A DNA stretch of 63,369 nucleotides, filler included, from Octopus bimaculoides (taxonomy: Eukaryota): the NCBI RefSeq assembly GCF_001194135.2. It is 6 parts of 6 records of this genome, joined end to end, with 100 filler letters (N's around TTAATTAATTAA, not from the genome) between each part and the next. Parts side by side here need not be neighbours in the genome. Positions count along the whole stretch, not along the records: positions 12,309 to 31,541 come from NC_068985.1; 5 more parts are not named here. One strand, given 5' to 3'. The notes under the pieces are model-generated. The model was given only the letters and a program-made list of their open reading frames with translations, was not told where the DNA came from and ran no database searches. Below, piece after piece: positions 13,263 to 25,963 of this stretch. Numbering within the stretch: position 1 is the stretch's first letter; each line of letters opens with the position of its first letter. Position numbers and translations under genes: made by a program.

Positions 13263-13489
13263 ATATACATTTATATTNNNNNNNNNNNNNNNNNNNNNNN
13301 NNNNNNNNNNNNNNNNNNNNNNNNNNNNNNNNNNNNNNNNNNNNNNNNNNNNNNNNNNNNNNNNNNNNNNNNNNNNNNNNNNNNNNNNATATAAATACAC
13401 ATACATAAACACATACATACAGATATATACACACATACATACATATGCATTCACATACATATATTTTTTTAAAGTTTCAGTGTTGCTAG

Positions 13490-16372
13490 TTTAGAGAAAT
13501 TAGACTCGGTCGATATTTTCTTATGAAATGCATTTCCTTGCTAATGTGCTTATTTTGGCTAGCATTGTCTTTGAATTTGTGTAATGGAAACGTTGTGAAT
13601 TTGGGAACTTTGTTGGATGCACATCCATCGATGTGCCGGCTGAGAGGTACTGAGAGATTTGTGCACCACCATCCTCTGATGTTGGCTGTTTTGTGTGTCC
13701 AATATATTGCCGTTTACATCCCGAGCATGTAATTAAGTAAATCAAGTTCTCCGATGCACATGTAAATTAGTTTTTATGGTGAATTTATGGCTTTGTGCTA
13801 ATCGGTATTCTGATCCTTCTATTATGTTGATACAGATTCCACAGTTGGGTCTCCCGAATTGTTTTACTCTCAGCTTAGTGGTTATTGTTGAGTGTAATTT
13901 GGCCTGGATCAAAATCTTTTTCATTGATTTGCTTGTCACTTACTTTTGATGATTTTGTGTGTCTTGAGGATTTGATACATCTTTGGGTTTGTCTTGAGTA
14001 GAACTGTGCTGTGGAGTATAGTGCTGAAGGCGTCATTGTTATGTGGGTTGTGTGTGGAAATGTAAGGCAGGGTTTTCAATATTTCTTCCTTCTTTGGTCT
14101 TAGTTGTCTAGGTTCTTGTGTATTTAATTTATGTACTCGTTGGCTCGTATTGTCGATTAAGGGTTGTGGGTAATTCCTATTGATGAGTGTGGTTTTCAAT
14201 TCCTGGAGACGTGTGTAACGGGTGTTTGCGTCTGATACTATTGTACATATTCTTTTGGCTAAACAAAATGGGATATTCAGCCTGGTGTGTCTCGGCTGCC
14301 AAGAATCAAATGGCAGGTACTGTTTCGAGTCCGTGGGCTTGTAATAGTTATCTGTCTCTATTTTGTTCCTGACTTTCTTAATAAGGATATCTAAAAACGG
14401 TAGTTGTTCCTGGTTGTACTCTATCATTAATTGGAGGTTTTCATTAATTCAATTTAGAAGTGTTTGGAATTCGTTAAGTTTTTCTATACTTTCATTCCAG
14501 AGGATGAAGCAGTCATCGAGATAACATTTCCAGTTGTTTTGAATGTAGGTGGAAAAGGAGTTTCCATATTTCGAGATAGCCCATTGCCAGGTCCGCAAAA
14601 GAAGGTGCAGTCCGTGTTCCCATTGTTGTCCCTGATTTTTGTCGGAAGTAGTCATTGTTAAATATAAAATAATTGTTTTCTAGAATAAATCTTACTCCTA
14701 CTATAATGAGTCCTTTTTTAATGCGGGAGGAAAGTTCTTGGTGTAATTGTCTAACCAGAATGTGATGTCTTCTATTCCTATAGTGTGGGGGATGTTTGAA
14801 TATAGGTTGACTACGTCGAAGGATACTAGCAGTGTTTTCTCATTGACCGTTTTTGGGAGGTGGTTGAGCATGTCCAGATCATCCCTTATATAGCTTTTGA
14901 TGTGTTTGAGGAAGAGTTTCAGTAGAGTGTGCAGGAAGTTGCTGAGGTGGTGGGTTTCGCATGCTGAACCTGCTCCTATTGGTCTTAGTTTCAGGTGATC
15001 AGGTAAAGGGACCTTGATGGTTATGTCTATAACTTCTTTGCATGGTTCACTTATTATTTCACTATTGTAGATTTGGGGGATACCGTAGAATAAACTTGAT
15101 TTATTGATGAAATTGGTAATGTAGTCGTATTCCTTGTCTGTGAGTTCTCGATATGAGTTAATTAATGTCCTGAGGTCATTCATTATTTTATGTTGGCTAT
15201 AGTGTTGGGTCTTTTCTTAATATGTCTCATCCCCTAATAGAGATGGTACTAGATTTTTACAGTCCCTTCTGTTCATTAGGACAACTGCGTTAGCTTTATC
15301 TGCCTCTTTGATTGTTATGGATGTATCTTCTTTTAGTTCGTTAAGATCTTTCCATTCTCTTTTGTTGATGTTTGGTCTGTGTTTTTGTTTATTTGTGAGT
15401 TGATAAGGGTATTTGGTGATGTGCTCACTGAATTGGTCGAGAGTCTTATTCTTTCCTTTGGTAGTTGCCGCTATTTCTAGCTATTGGATCGTCGTCGATG
15501 TATTTGTCATAAAATTCCTCGACTAGTCTTAATTTTCTACAAAATTCAGAAATATAGTCTTTCGTTTCATGGTAATCTGGTTGTTGGAGGGGTTGGTGTA
15601 AATTTTAACCACTTGGATAGTATCCTTATCTGGTTGGGTGTAAGTTCATTATTAGAGAGCTTGACTAGTTTAATTACCTGTGGTTTCTCTGGTATGTCCG
15701 GTACTATCGTGTATGTCTGTTTCTGTGTACTGGGTCTAAAAAATGGTTGGTGTGGTTGGGTTTAATAGTGTTGTTTATCTGTATGCTGTTGCGATTATTT
15801 TTATACTGGGTTTGTGGTGTCCTATTTTGTAGTGTGTTTTTGAACCTCGTGTTCCATCTTCGTATGTTGGCAGTTGTTTCTTCTGTAGTGGGTTTGTTGT
15901 TTATTATGGTTGCATGGAGGGGTCCTAGAGTATAGGCTTCATTGGTGTGTTTTATTGGGTTATGTAGATTGTGGCTCCTAAAGTTGTGTGGTGTATCCGT
16001 GTAGGTGTTTCGAGGTGCATTTGTGTGGCTTAGGGTATGTAGACTGTGATTCCTAAAATTGCGTAGTCTATCCCTGAAGGTGTTTCATGGTGCATTTATG
16101 TGGTCTGGGGTACGTTCAAAATGTCTTTTTCGGAAGTATGTTCGGTTTTCTTGGTAGTTGTTCAGTTATGATAGTTTGTGGTTTTGTTTTTCTTAATTTT
16201 AGGAAGGAGTTGTTGGAGATGTGTTCATTTTTGAAGTTGGCTTCATAAGTAGAAAACCATTACGCGCTCTTTACTCATCTTTGGTGGGATTTAGTTCCTC
16301 TTTTTCGCACTACTCTTCCCATAATTTTAGCATTGTTTCTGTATTGGGGCCTTGTGTTTATTGAGTTCCTTG
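13490..16372 (-). mobile_element. Penelope-like element, near full-length but frameshifted (RT + GIY-YIG)
   Basis: Successive minus ORFs: LRPIGAG..LLVSFDVVNLYSNIPH (RT), YLDDCFILW, LPFLDILI..YYKPTD, CGICINI, IYLITCSGCKRQYIGHT (GIY-YIG). Confidence 0.93.
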
Positions 16373-16653
16373 NNNNNNNNNNNNNNNNNNNNNNNNNNNN
16401 NNNNNNNNNNNNNNNNNNNNNNNNNNNNNNNNNNNNNNNNNNNNNNNNNNNNNNNNNNNNNNNNNNNNNNNNNNNNNNNNNNNNNNNNNNNNNNNNNNNN
16501 NNNNNNNNNNNNNNNNNNNNNNNNNNNNNNNNNNNNNNNNNNNNNNNNNNNNNNNNNNNNNNNNNNNNNNNNNNNNNNNNNNNNNNNNNNNNNNNNATAT
16601 ATATATATATATATACGCGTATATATATATGTATCTATGTGTGTATGTATGTA

Positions 16654-17050
16654 GGCGTAGGAGTGGCTGTGTTGTAAGTAGCTTGCTTACTAACTACATG
16701 GTTCCGGGTTCAGTCCCACTGCGTGGCATCTTGGGCAAGTGTCGTCTACTATAGCCTCGGGCCGACCAAAGCCTTCTGAGTGGATTTGGTAGACGGAAAC
16801 TGAAAGAAGCCCGTCGTGTATATGTATATATGTATGTGTGTATATGTTTGCATGTCTGTGTTTGTCCTCTCAACATCGCTTGACAACAGATGCTGGTGTG
16901 TTTACGTCCCCGTAAGTTAGCGTTTCGGCAAAAGAGACCGATAGAATAAGTACTAGGTTTCCAAAGAATAAGTCCCGGGGTCGAGTTGCTCGACTAAAGG
17001 CGGTGCTCCAGCATGGCCATAGTCAAAAGACTGAAACAAGTAAAAGAGCA
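16654..17050 (+). mobile_element. SINE family A, full length, CpGs retained
   Basis: GGCGTAGGAGTGGCTGTGTTGTAAG ... GGCGGTGCTCCAGCATGGCCATAGTCAAAAGACTGAAACAAGTAAAAGAG. Confidence 0.92.
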
Positions 17051-17140
17051 AGTAATGAGAGCATGTATGTATGTATGTATGTATGTATGTATGTATGTAG
17101 AACAGTATTGTAGTTCGCTTGAAGCATTGTGTATTGTCTG

Positions 17141-17459
17141 TAAAGAACAAAAAGTTTTGAACGGTACAATAATGCAGTATAAGACAAACAATGAGCTATA
17201 TACCTATTGTAATTTAGTCATCCATAATCTGATATGATATTTCGGAAGAAAATTCCTTCTTGAGATATTCTTAGGTGAAGTCGCTGCTATAATCGGTTTT
17301 CCAACCGATTATAGCAGCGACTTCACCTAAGAATATCTCAAGAAGGAATTTTCTTCCGAAATATCATATCAGACTATGGATGACTAAATTACAATAGGTA
17401 TATAGCCCATTGTTTGTGTTATAGTGCATTATTGTACCATTCAAACTTTTTATTCTTTA
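17141..17459. repeat. Near-perfect 158-bp-arm palindrome with 4-nt loop (TTCC, 17299-17302)
   Basis: Base-by-base check: inner 71 bp perfect; 6 substitutions and 1 indel over the whole arm. Confidence 0.97.
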
Positions 17460-20400
17460 TATACGTATATGTGTATGTATATATATATATATATACATAT
17501 ATGAATGTTTGTATGTATATATGTATGTATGTATGTACATGCATGTGTGTGTGTGTATGTGTGCGTCTGTGTATGTATATATATGTTTATATGTGTGTCT
17601 AAACGTGTGTGTACGCCCGTGACGTGACATGTGTGCATATATATTCGCATATATGTATGCGCATACCTATGTTCACAGTTGGTAGAACTGTGTGAAATAT
17701 ATACATTAGTCGTTCTATCTCGAAAGTAGCTGAATTCATTCTTTTTTTAGTTTTTATATATGCTATTTATTTATTTTGTATTTGTGCAAGTAATTTCATG
17801 CTTTTGAAACGTGCATGATTGTGAATTTTCATATAGTTACAAGAAATATTTACATAGCCAGTACATCTTGGTGAATATTTTAAAGGTAATTACTTAGCTC
17901 TACCCTCATTGAGTAGAATTAAATAGAATTGTTGAAGGAAGATAACTCTTACACAATTGCCCAATTTTATCAAGTAGATATTATTTTCGAATCAAACCAG
18001 TACGGATTTGAAATTTGCGATAAAACACTTTTATTTTGTTCCTCCTTTAATTTTTATTTGACTGATAAATTTATGAAATGATAATATTCAGAAATGTTAT
18101 AGCGGTATGTCTCTAAACACGGACTTAAAATGATTCACTTAGTCCCAGAGCGTCCAGTGTGCTATCTATTTATTCGCATGCGTTCTGATAATAAAATTAC
18201 AATCTGGCTAATACATATTTCATCATAATTCAAGCATTTGATACAGTATATTAAATTTCTGCTTTTACAGTTTATATTTGCTTTTTAAAATATTGTCTTT
18301 GTGTGGTTATAATGACCATCGTGTATTAGTCGACATGTATCACAACGTTTGACATTGATTTAGCATTCAGATGAGGAGTTTTTTTTCTGTTGTTCAGATC
18401 AGTATATAGACAGCAGATAAAGACCGACCGACAGACAGACAGAGAAATAATATTTTTGTACAGTTCGGTTAGAAAAAATCTGTGCGGCTACAAAAATAGA
18501 GATATATTTTGACTGAAATAAATGCATTTTACTAACAGTATTTTGTGATTAAACAATTTTCTTTAGAGAGCGATGCACAATTGGGTGCACAATTTGAAGT
18601 TAAACCACTAAATATGATACAAAGTTGTAAATAAAACCCTAGAGTCAACACTATACATTGAAAAATTCTTTTTAACGAAGTTTAAAATTTTAATTTAGAC
18701 ATCCTTATATTACGTATATTAAAACGAATCACAAAATACATTTTCTATTTTTAGGTTTTTATCGAAAAAGTTTCTATTCTTTCTTTTTGGCTTTAAGTTT
18801 CTTTTTAAATATACATCAATGATTTTATTTGGACATTTACATATAATTATATCTTTTAAATAGATTTGTGTTTAATATGTTTTATCTGGGGAAATGTTAA
18901 CGTCATGTACGATTTAGAATATTTTAATGATTTATTAATATTTGATATATATTGGTGTCATCATCAATCTGAAAGAAATATTGACTGTTTCTGATAGCTT
19001 TGCACTGTTTATTTACGTTAACTGTTTAAATTAATCAGTAACTCAATAAGTAGATGAATAAATAAATCGCAACAACTTTGAGCTAAACCTAAATCAATAT
19101 CCCTGAGACTTTCTAACATTATCTAATGTGTCTTCTTTGTGAGATTGCATATATTAGTTCGTTTTCCAATAAAGCTGTAATTTCTGTACCTCAATTTATG
19201 GATCGACTGTATTGAAGAACCTTTGAAGATCTATGAATATTCCACATTCAAATTTCTGATTCACGAATGCTGTATCGAGAATACAAACTCTATTTTTGAA
19301 CTATGTTCGTTGTCTAAAAGTCAAAATACAGCTTATTGATTTAATTAGGTTGCTTGGAATTTGTAGAATCTAAAGTATAATAGTTTTTTCTTTAGTATCT
19401 TATTGATGATAGAAAGTTTTCACATTCAAAGCGTCATTCTATTGTGAATTGTGACAACTTTTACAGCTTCAATTTGTTTGATGTTTTATATATTTCATGT
19501 GGTAAATAGACAGTTTTGATGTTGCTTTGCATATTAAAGATATTATTTCAGTTATATTACTAAACATGGCGATGGATAATTTTTTAGTTCCACTTCGAAA
19601 GATATATTTTATGATGGAGATTTTATCAATAGAGAATGTTTTCTTTTCTCGCTTTACTTATGCATTCTTTTGAAGTTAACTGAGACACTGCTGCTTAAAA
19701 CTCACTCCCTTTGAATTAAGTAGGGGCAATGGCCGTACGAAATTATTTCTAAAATAGAATATGTGTGAAGTAGTGAATTTTATTTTTATTAGGATTTTAA
19801 TTACTGCATAAACGGCATATTACATAATTTAGCTCTTTTTGTGGTATAATTTTCTTTTCATACTAATATTAATTTCTTGATTGCATGTATACATTTACTT
19901 TTTCAGAAATATAAACGAATATTAATAGTTTGAATTTGAGAAAACTAATCATATAGTTAAAATGTCAATTTCTATATCAATGAGAAATATTCATAAAGAA
20001 ATCGAAAATAATTTCAATGAAAGTTTTAGACTGTTTTGTAATATTTATTTTAAATATTTAATACGAATATCTTATTGACTTGAGCAATTAATATTTCCAT
20101 AACTTGTGTTGTTTACCGTTAATAGACCGGCATTAAAACTAATTGCAAATGCTGTTGAAAAACCATAAAAGATTATTTTACTCCATGCTGCATTCACTTA
20201 CTCTACCAATAAAGCTTTCTTGATGTGTATGCAGTCGTGTAATCATCCAAGTATGCAAGTAAACGCCCCTACGTTTGTATAGTGGTACCACATTCTTGTT
20301 ATATACATTATCTAAGACAAACGAGGAAAACTCCAAACGAAGCAAAGATGTAACATTACATGCTTAAACTCTTCACTCCCGGATTTTTCTCCCGCTTTTC

Positions 20401-22583
20401 TTTACTCTTTGCTGTCTTACTCTTCCATGTTATTTTGGTTTTGAATTGTCATCGATGTGCCTGTAACTTCGCTTTTTCAAGGTAGGGGTGTTGGCCTCAC
20501 TTAAACCTAATTTTACCACTGGGATGAGACGATCTATTAGTATGGCCCCTCTCCTTTGACCTGTTCACTAGAGCGAGCTCTACATAGGATGTCACTCTTA
20601 GGGTGAGAGGCTACTATACCACATGCCACCATATCCCCAACACAAGCCACCATGCCTCAACAAAGACATGACGTTGTAGTGGGAAATGTAGCATTAAGTG
20701 AATAAGTATTTGAAATTTCTAACATCGTTTGGTCACACACTTTAGGGAGCACAACTCATATCCGTCTTAATTGTTCTTGTCTGTGAGGAATAATTGTATT
20801 TTCCGAAAGGATGTCATTAGTAAAATGCGAAGACTATCAACATTTACATAAAAAGAACTCTAGCAAGCGTGGCAGTTGAATAATTAAGAGAGCAATAATA
20901 GCTGTTAATGATGGGGAATAGCAGATAGGTCTCTCTTAATCTTCTGGAAGCATGTAAAATATATGAAATTAAGAAATGAAGAACATATGAAATTCTGGTA
21001 ATATTTTTCGATAACATACATTATCAGAGGCATTAGTTCTCTTAAATATTTTCATATATTTCACAGATTATTTGAAAGCGGTATTAGATAATTATGAATA
21101 TGACTGAAAAAAAAAAGATGTGCAATAGTTTCACATCTTCATCACAACAATATTTATGAGTTCTGTTCCATATACTTCTGATGTATATAATATTGTTATC
21201 CTTTTTGATTCGATGCAGGTCGTCTCTAACTTAACAGACCTATGATTCCACTCATAAATATTTTGGATTATTTTACAGGACATAACGAGGCCCTCGTTTC
21301 CTAGCGGTACTAATTACAAGTAGAACTCCTTGAATTTTAAACGGTGTAGTCTCTCTGTGGTCGCTTAATCTGCTTCATGTAGCAGACAAATTTTGCCGAA
21401 AGGCCACATTATATGTGATCCTTTGTTCTCCGCAGCACGGGAAAAATAGGACGATTACAGCTGAAATATCTACTATCATTTGCTAGTATGATTAGAGTTG
21501 ACCTGGTGGTTGAAGAACAAGAGAAGCTTCCTATGTCTATTCATTCATTTTTTTATTATCTAAGTCTAGTATCATATTATATAAATTGTCCTAAATCAGT
21601 AGCGTATGAGATTTAGATTATGCAATAAAAGCAGCTCTAGATTTGAATCTTTATCCACATAACATACTTAACGTATGTATGTATATCGTGGAAATGTCCG
21701 ACGCAGCGACCAGTGCTGCCTCTGGCTTCTCTATAATAGAAATATGCTAAATATGTCATATATATATGTACGCATACAGACTGTTAGGACGAAATCACAG
21801 CTGAAATTAGGGAGGGGATACTTTTTATGTATCTCCGACACTCGATATTATGATATGTCTTTTTAATTTCGAGTTTCAGATGAAACCCCGACATCAGGGA
21901 CACCAAAAGAGATATTTTCATCAGTTCAGGCACATACCGCAACAGTACCAGCTGCCTCATGAACTTGAAAGACACTGCTTTGGTTGGTACTTAACCATAA
22001 CCTTGGGTATAAAAAGCATACGAGTACACGGATTACAAGGAACGAACTGACGAAAACTCTTCCGTCTATCAACAAACTGCAACGACCAACAACTATCGCG
22101 ATCGCTATACTTTTGTGTATTACATATACGAGAGCACATATGGGATTGCAAGATCAGTACGCGCATATATACACAAGGAAGAAGATGATGAGGATGAGAA
22201 CGATAAGGAGGAAGAGGAGGGGACAGAGAAGAAATTTCAAGATATCGCACAAGACAAAATGTAATGCAAAATAATATTAACAGACAGTGTTTAAAGTACA
22301 TGAGCGGAAAGAGGATATGGTGTCGAGAGGAGATTTAACAGTAAATGTTATAGGAAAAGTGTGGGAAAATATATCCATATAAAAGATGTAACATAAAGGT
22401 AGAGAGGAAGGTGGCGTGAATTATAAGATGGAGAGAAAGACTGAAAAGTAACAAGAGACGGGGTTTAAATATGTATTTGTTATAAAACGAACGTCTTTGA
22501 ATGTGTGCATAGAAGAAAATGTGTATGGCTTTCACAGATAGAGAGGGAGAATATATATATATATATATATATATATAAAGCGA

Positions 22584-22621
<38 letters not shown>

Positions 22622-22759
22622 AGGGAGAGAGAAAGAGAGAAACAATGTATGAGACAGAAAGTAACAGGAAATAGGAACAGAAACGAAATAGATTAAATTT
22701 TTGAAACAGAATAAACATACTAACCAAAAGTGTAAAAGAAACGGTGCATGAGAAAGAAT

Positions 22760-22768
22760 GAAGTAACA

Positions 22769-22846
<78 letters not shown>

Positions 22847-22870
22847 AAGAGAGAGAGAGAGAGAGAAACA
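22760..22870. repeat. (GA)n microsatellite
   Basis: Read directly. Confidence 0.95.
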
Positions 22871-23090
22871 GACAGACAGAGACAGAAACAGAGCGATAGA
22901 CGCACAGTTATATAAATAGGAAGAATTAATCGAGAAGTAGGAAATAACGGTTGTGTATTAGAGAGGTGACAGAGGGAAAAGTACGGTAATATCACCAAGC
23001 CAAAAACCTACCATAAAATTTCAAGGATATTTAGTAACAGAAATCATTGACATATTTTGAAGATAAGGTTTTCTTGGCAATGATACATAA

Positions 23091-23130
<40 letters not shown>

Positions 23131-23222
23131 GTAGTAGTAGTAGTAGTAGTAGTAGTAGAAATAATAAGAAAATCATGAACAACAACAATAAAGCAACAAC
23201 AACAACAATGATAATAATGATG

Positions 23223-23289
<67 letters not shown>

Positions 23290-23335
23290 TGATGATGATG
23301 ATGATGATGATGATAACACTAATAATAATAACAAG
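23091..23335. repeat. Compound trinucleotide microsatellite (ACT)n(AGT)n...(AAC)n(AAT)n(GAT)n
   Basis: Read directly. Confidence 0.95.
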
Positions 23336-23990
23336 CAAACGGAAATGCACCAAAAATTTATAAATAATACATGTGTAAAAACAATTCTAGTACACATATG
23401 AAGAAAAATCAAATTTAAAAAAATATATATGCAGCTTCACCTTTTTTTCTTTTTTTATGAGAAGAACGTGACTAGAGAAGGAAAAATCATTTCCTATTAT
23501 TAAATTTCAAAGTACTTGACCGGAAAATAAATATTTATTTTATTATACAAGCTTTGTTTGTGAAAATATACACTTGAGTGTATAAAGTAATGTTTGGTTT
23601 GCTTGAAAGCAGTTTTAGTTTTAATTTTCAAAGTTTGCTGGTGAATAATGATATATGTTTTTAAAAAAATGCTTCTGAATATGATGAAGTTGTGTATTTG
23701 GAAGAATATGTAGGAAAGTAATGTACGTTTTTATTATCGTAATAACAAGTGACATAATAGAGTGAATATATATATATTATACTGAGCACAAATAGATTAT
23801 ACACAACCAAGCATAAATGCATACACATACACACATGCACACACATGCACATATATATATCACTTGTATACTGCATGAGCGATTGAATGTCAGAATCTCT
23901 GAGTGCCAACAAAGGCGAGTAAAATGGAAATTATAAATATACGTTACGATATGAATTGAACAGTGCAACCAACCGTACATAAATACATAT

Positions 23991-24041
<51 letters not shown>

Positions 24042-24409
24042 CATTAGTACAGTTAAAATATGTTTGTAACATCTTTCAACTTCTAAAAGCAAATTCACTT
24101 CAGTTACTTTGGAGAAAAATTCTCTATTATGTGCAATGAGGCCACCTGTCGGACTCCCAGATTTATAGTCATAGTGGGGCAGTACCAGGCAGATATTGTG
24201 TTTATACAAATTCACTTCAGTTACTTTTATCTTAAGAGAGCAATTTTTCTTCATGGTAAATGCAGTGAATTTGCCTGTAGAAATTGAAATATATCACGAA
24301 TATATTTTAACTACCTTGAAGTTCGCTTATGCCTAATCGCTTAGCGCTGCAGATTTCTCCAGACTCGACGGTCCAATTGCACAACTCAGTCAAGGTTGAC
24401 TATATTTTA

Positions 24410-25220
24410 GTTAAAGCTGCAGCTGTACGTGTGTCTGTGTGTACTATGTGTTATGGGCATGTCTGCTTTTGTTGGGTCATCATTGTAGCGTGAAATATCT
24501 GTTGGAGTTATGCTGTTTTTTATATCTGTTCTTGCCTTTGTCATTCTTCCGTGGAAATATCTTGTTGCATCTGTTATTGTTGTCCCTGCTGTTTTTGTCC
24601 GTTGTAGTTGATGTTGCGATTGTTGTTGTTTTGCTTTGGGGTCTGTTGTCTGTGTCTTCCATTGGAACTGTTGTTGGTGTTGTGCTAGATGTTGACTGTG
24701 CTACTGATGTTGTCATGCATGACGTTACATCTGTGTTTGCTACGTTTGCTCTTGCTGTATCTACAGATGTGCCTGCTACTGCTGTGTTTGTAGTTTCAGA
24801 TGTTGTTGTACATGGTGGGATTACGTTTGCTGATGATGTATCTCTTGTTTTCATTTGTGCATTGTCAGTTGTATTTGTTGTTTTCTTGTTGTGCTTAACA
24901 TTGCAGTTTCTGTTACGTCTGATGTTGTGTTTGTTGTTCAACCTGTTACGAAAGCAGTTGCTGTGTCTGCTCTTGCTATACTTGATATGGTGTATTTTGT
25001 CGCTGTACCTATTGTTCCCGTGTCAGATGTTGTTGTATCTGTCGTTGTTCAGATTGATATTGTTTTATCTGTTGTTGTCATGTCTCTTATTGATTGTTCT
25101 GTGTGCTGATGCTTAATAGATATTACCTTCTCTGTTGTATTGTGAATGCTGTCTGTTGTCTGTTGTGTATGACGTTGTTAAGTCTCCTACTGTTGCAATC
25201 TCTATTGTCACTGCTATTCA
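24410..25220 (-). pseudogene. Disabled Thr/Ser-rich mucin-like (PTS-type) coding segment
   Basis: ACA-codon periodicity over ~800 bp (e.g. TTTSETTNTAVAGTSVDTARANVANTDVTSCMTTSVAQSTSSTTPTTVP). The Thr-rich frame continues only across at least 3 frameshifts and 2 in-frame TGA stops. Confidence 0.5.
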
Positions 25221-25921
25221 TAGCAATACCAGAGAGTAAGGTCAGCCTTTAAGGTCGCTGTCACACAAAGCGTGGAAGAAACTCCAAACCCACCGGTTAT
25301 TGTAATGAAATGTAGTACATTAAACTATCAATTTATCCCCTTACATAAGACTTACCATAATACTTACATCATAGTGGACTCCATAGAAGTTGCATCCGTA
25401 TGGGGCAGGTAGTGTTGTTAAACTGACCGACAGCTACGTCTACCCCTGACAAAAATGTGTAGTCACCGAAAACTTGCTACACATTTTCCGTGTACACAAT
25501 TTCACTGAGCGGTCTTTGGTCTGCTTATATTATGACACACATACTCAATGTTACTACTAATGTAGTTTAGCCTCGCTTCCTTCTGATACTGTATAATATT
25601 CTTCAGAACGAGCCAGTATCAGAACCACGGGAAGTTTATTTCAAACGAATTCATTCAACATAAAATAAACAAATAAACAATCTTGTTTATAATGGGGTGC
25701 TCGTATACATGTCGTTGCGTGCGTATGTATGCCTTGATGTGTATAGGTACGTCAACATAAATGTTTTGTGTTTATGCGTATGTATGGAAATAACTTACAT
25801 ATTGTAAGACTTCCATTAATGGCATGTAATTTCAATTTTCTTATTAGATTATCAACTTGTGCTTGATTATCAACGTGTGCGGGTGTGTTTGATGTGCCTT
25901 TGTATGTACCCGGATATATGT

Positions 25922-25963
<42 letters not shown>

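Noticed and set aside
18935-18960. TATTTGATATATATTGGTG resembling miR-190
   Set aside because: Seed region does not match and there is no precursor hairpin; an AT-rich chance match.
19099-19125. TCCCTGAGACTTTCTAAC resembling miR-125/lin-4
   Set aside because: Only the first 10 nt match and no complementary star arm is nearby.
24439-25116. 225-aa hydrophobic + strand ORF that looks like a membrane protein
   Set aside because: It is the antisense shadow (TGT/GTT codons) of the Thr-rich ACA-periodic sequence on the minus strand.
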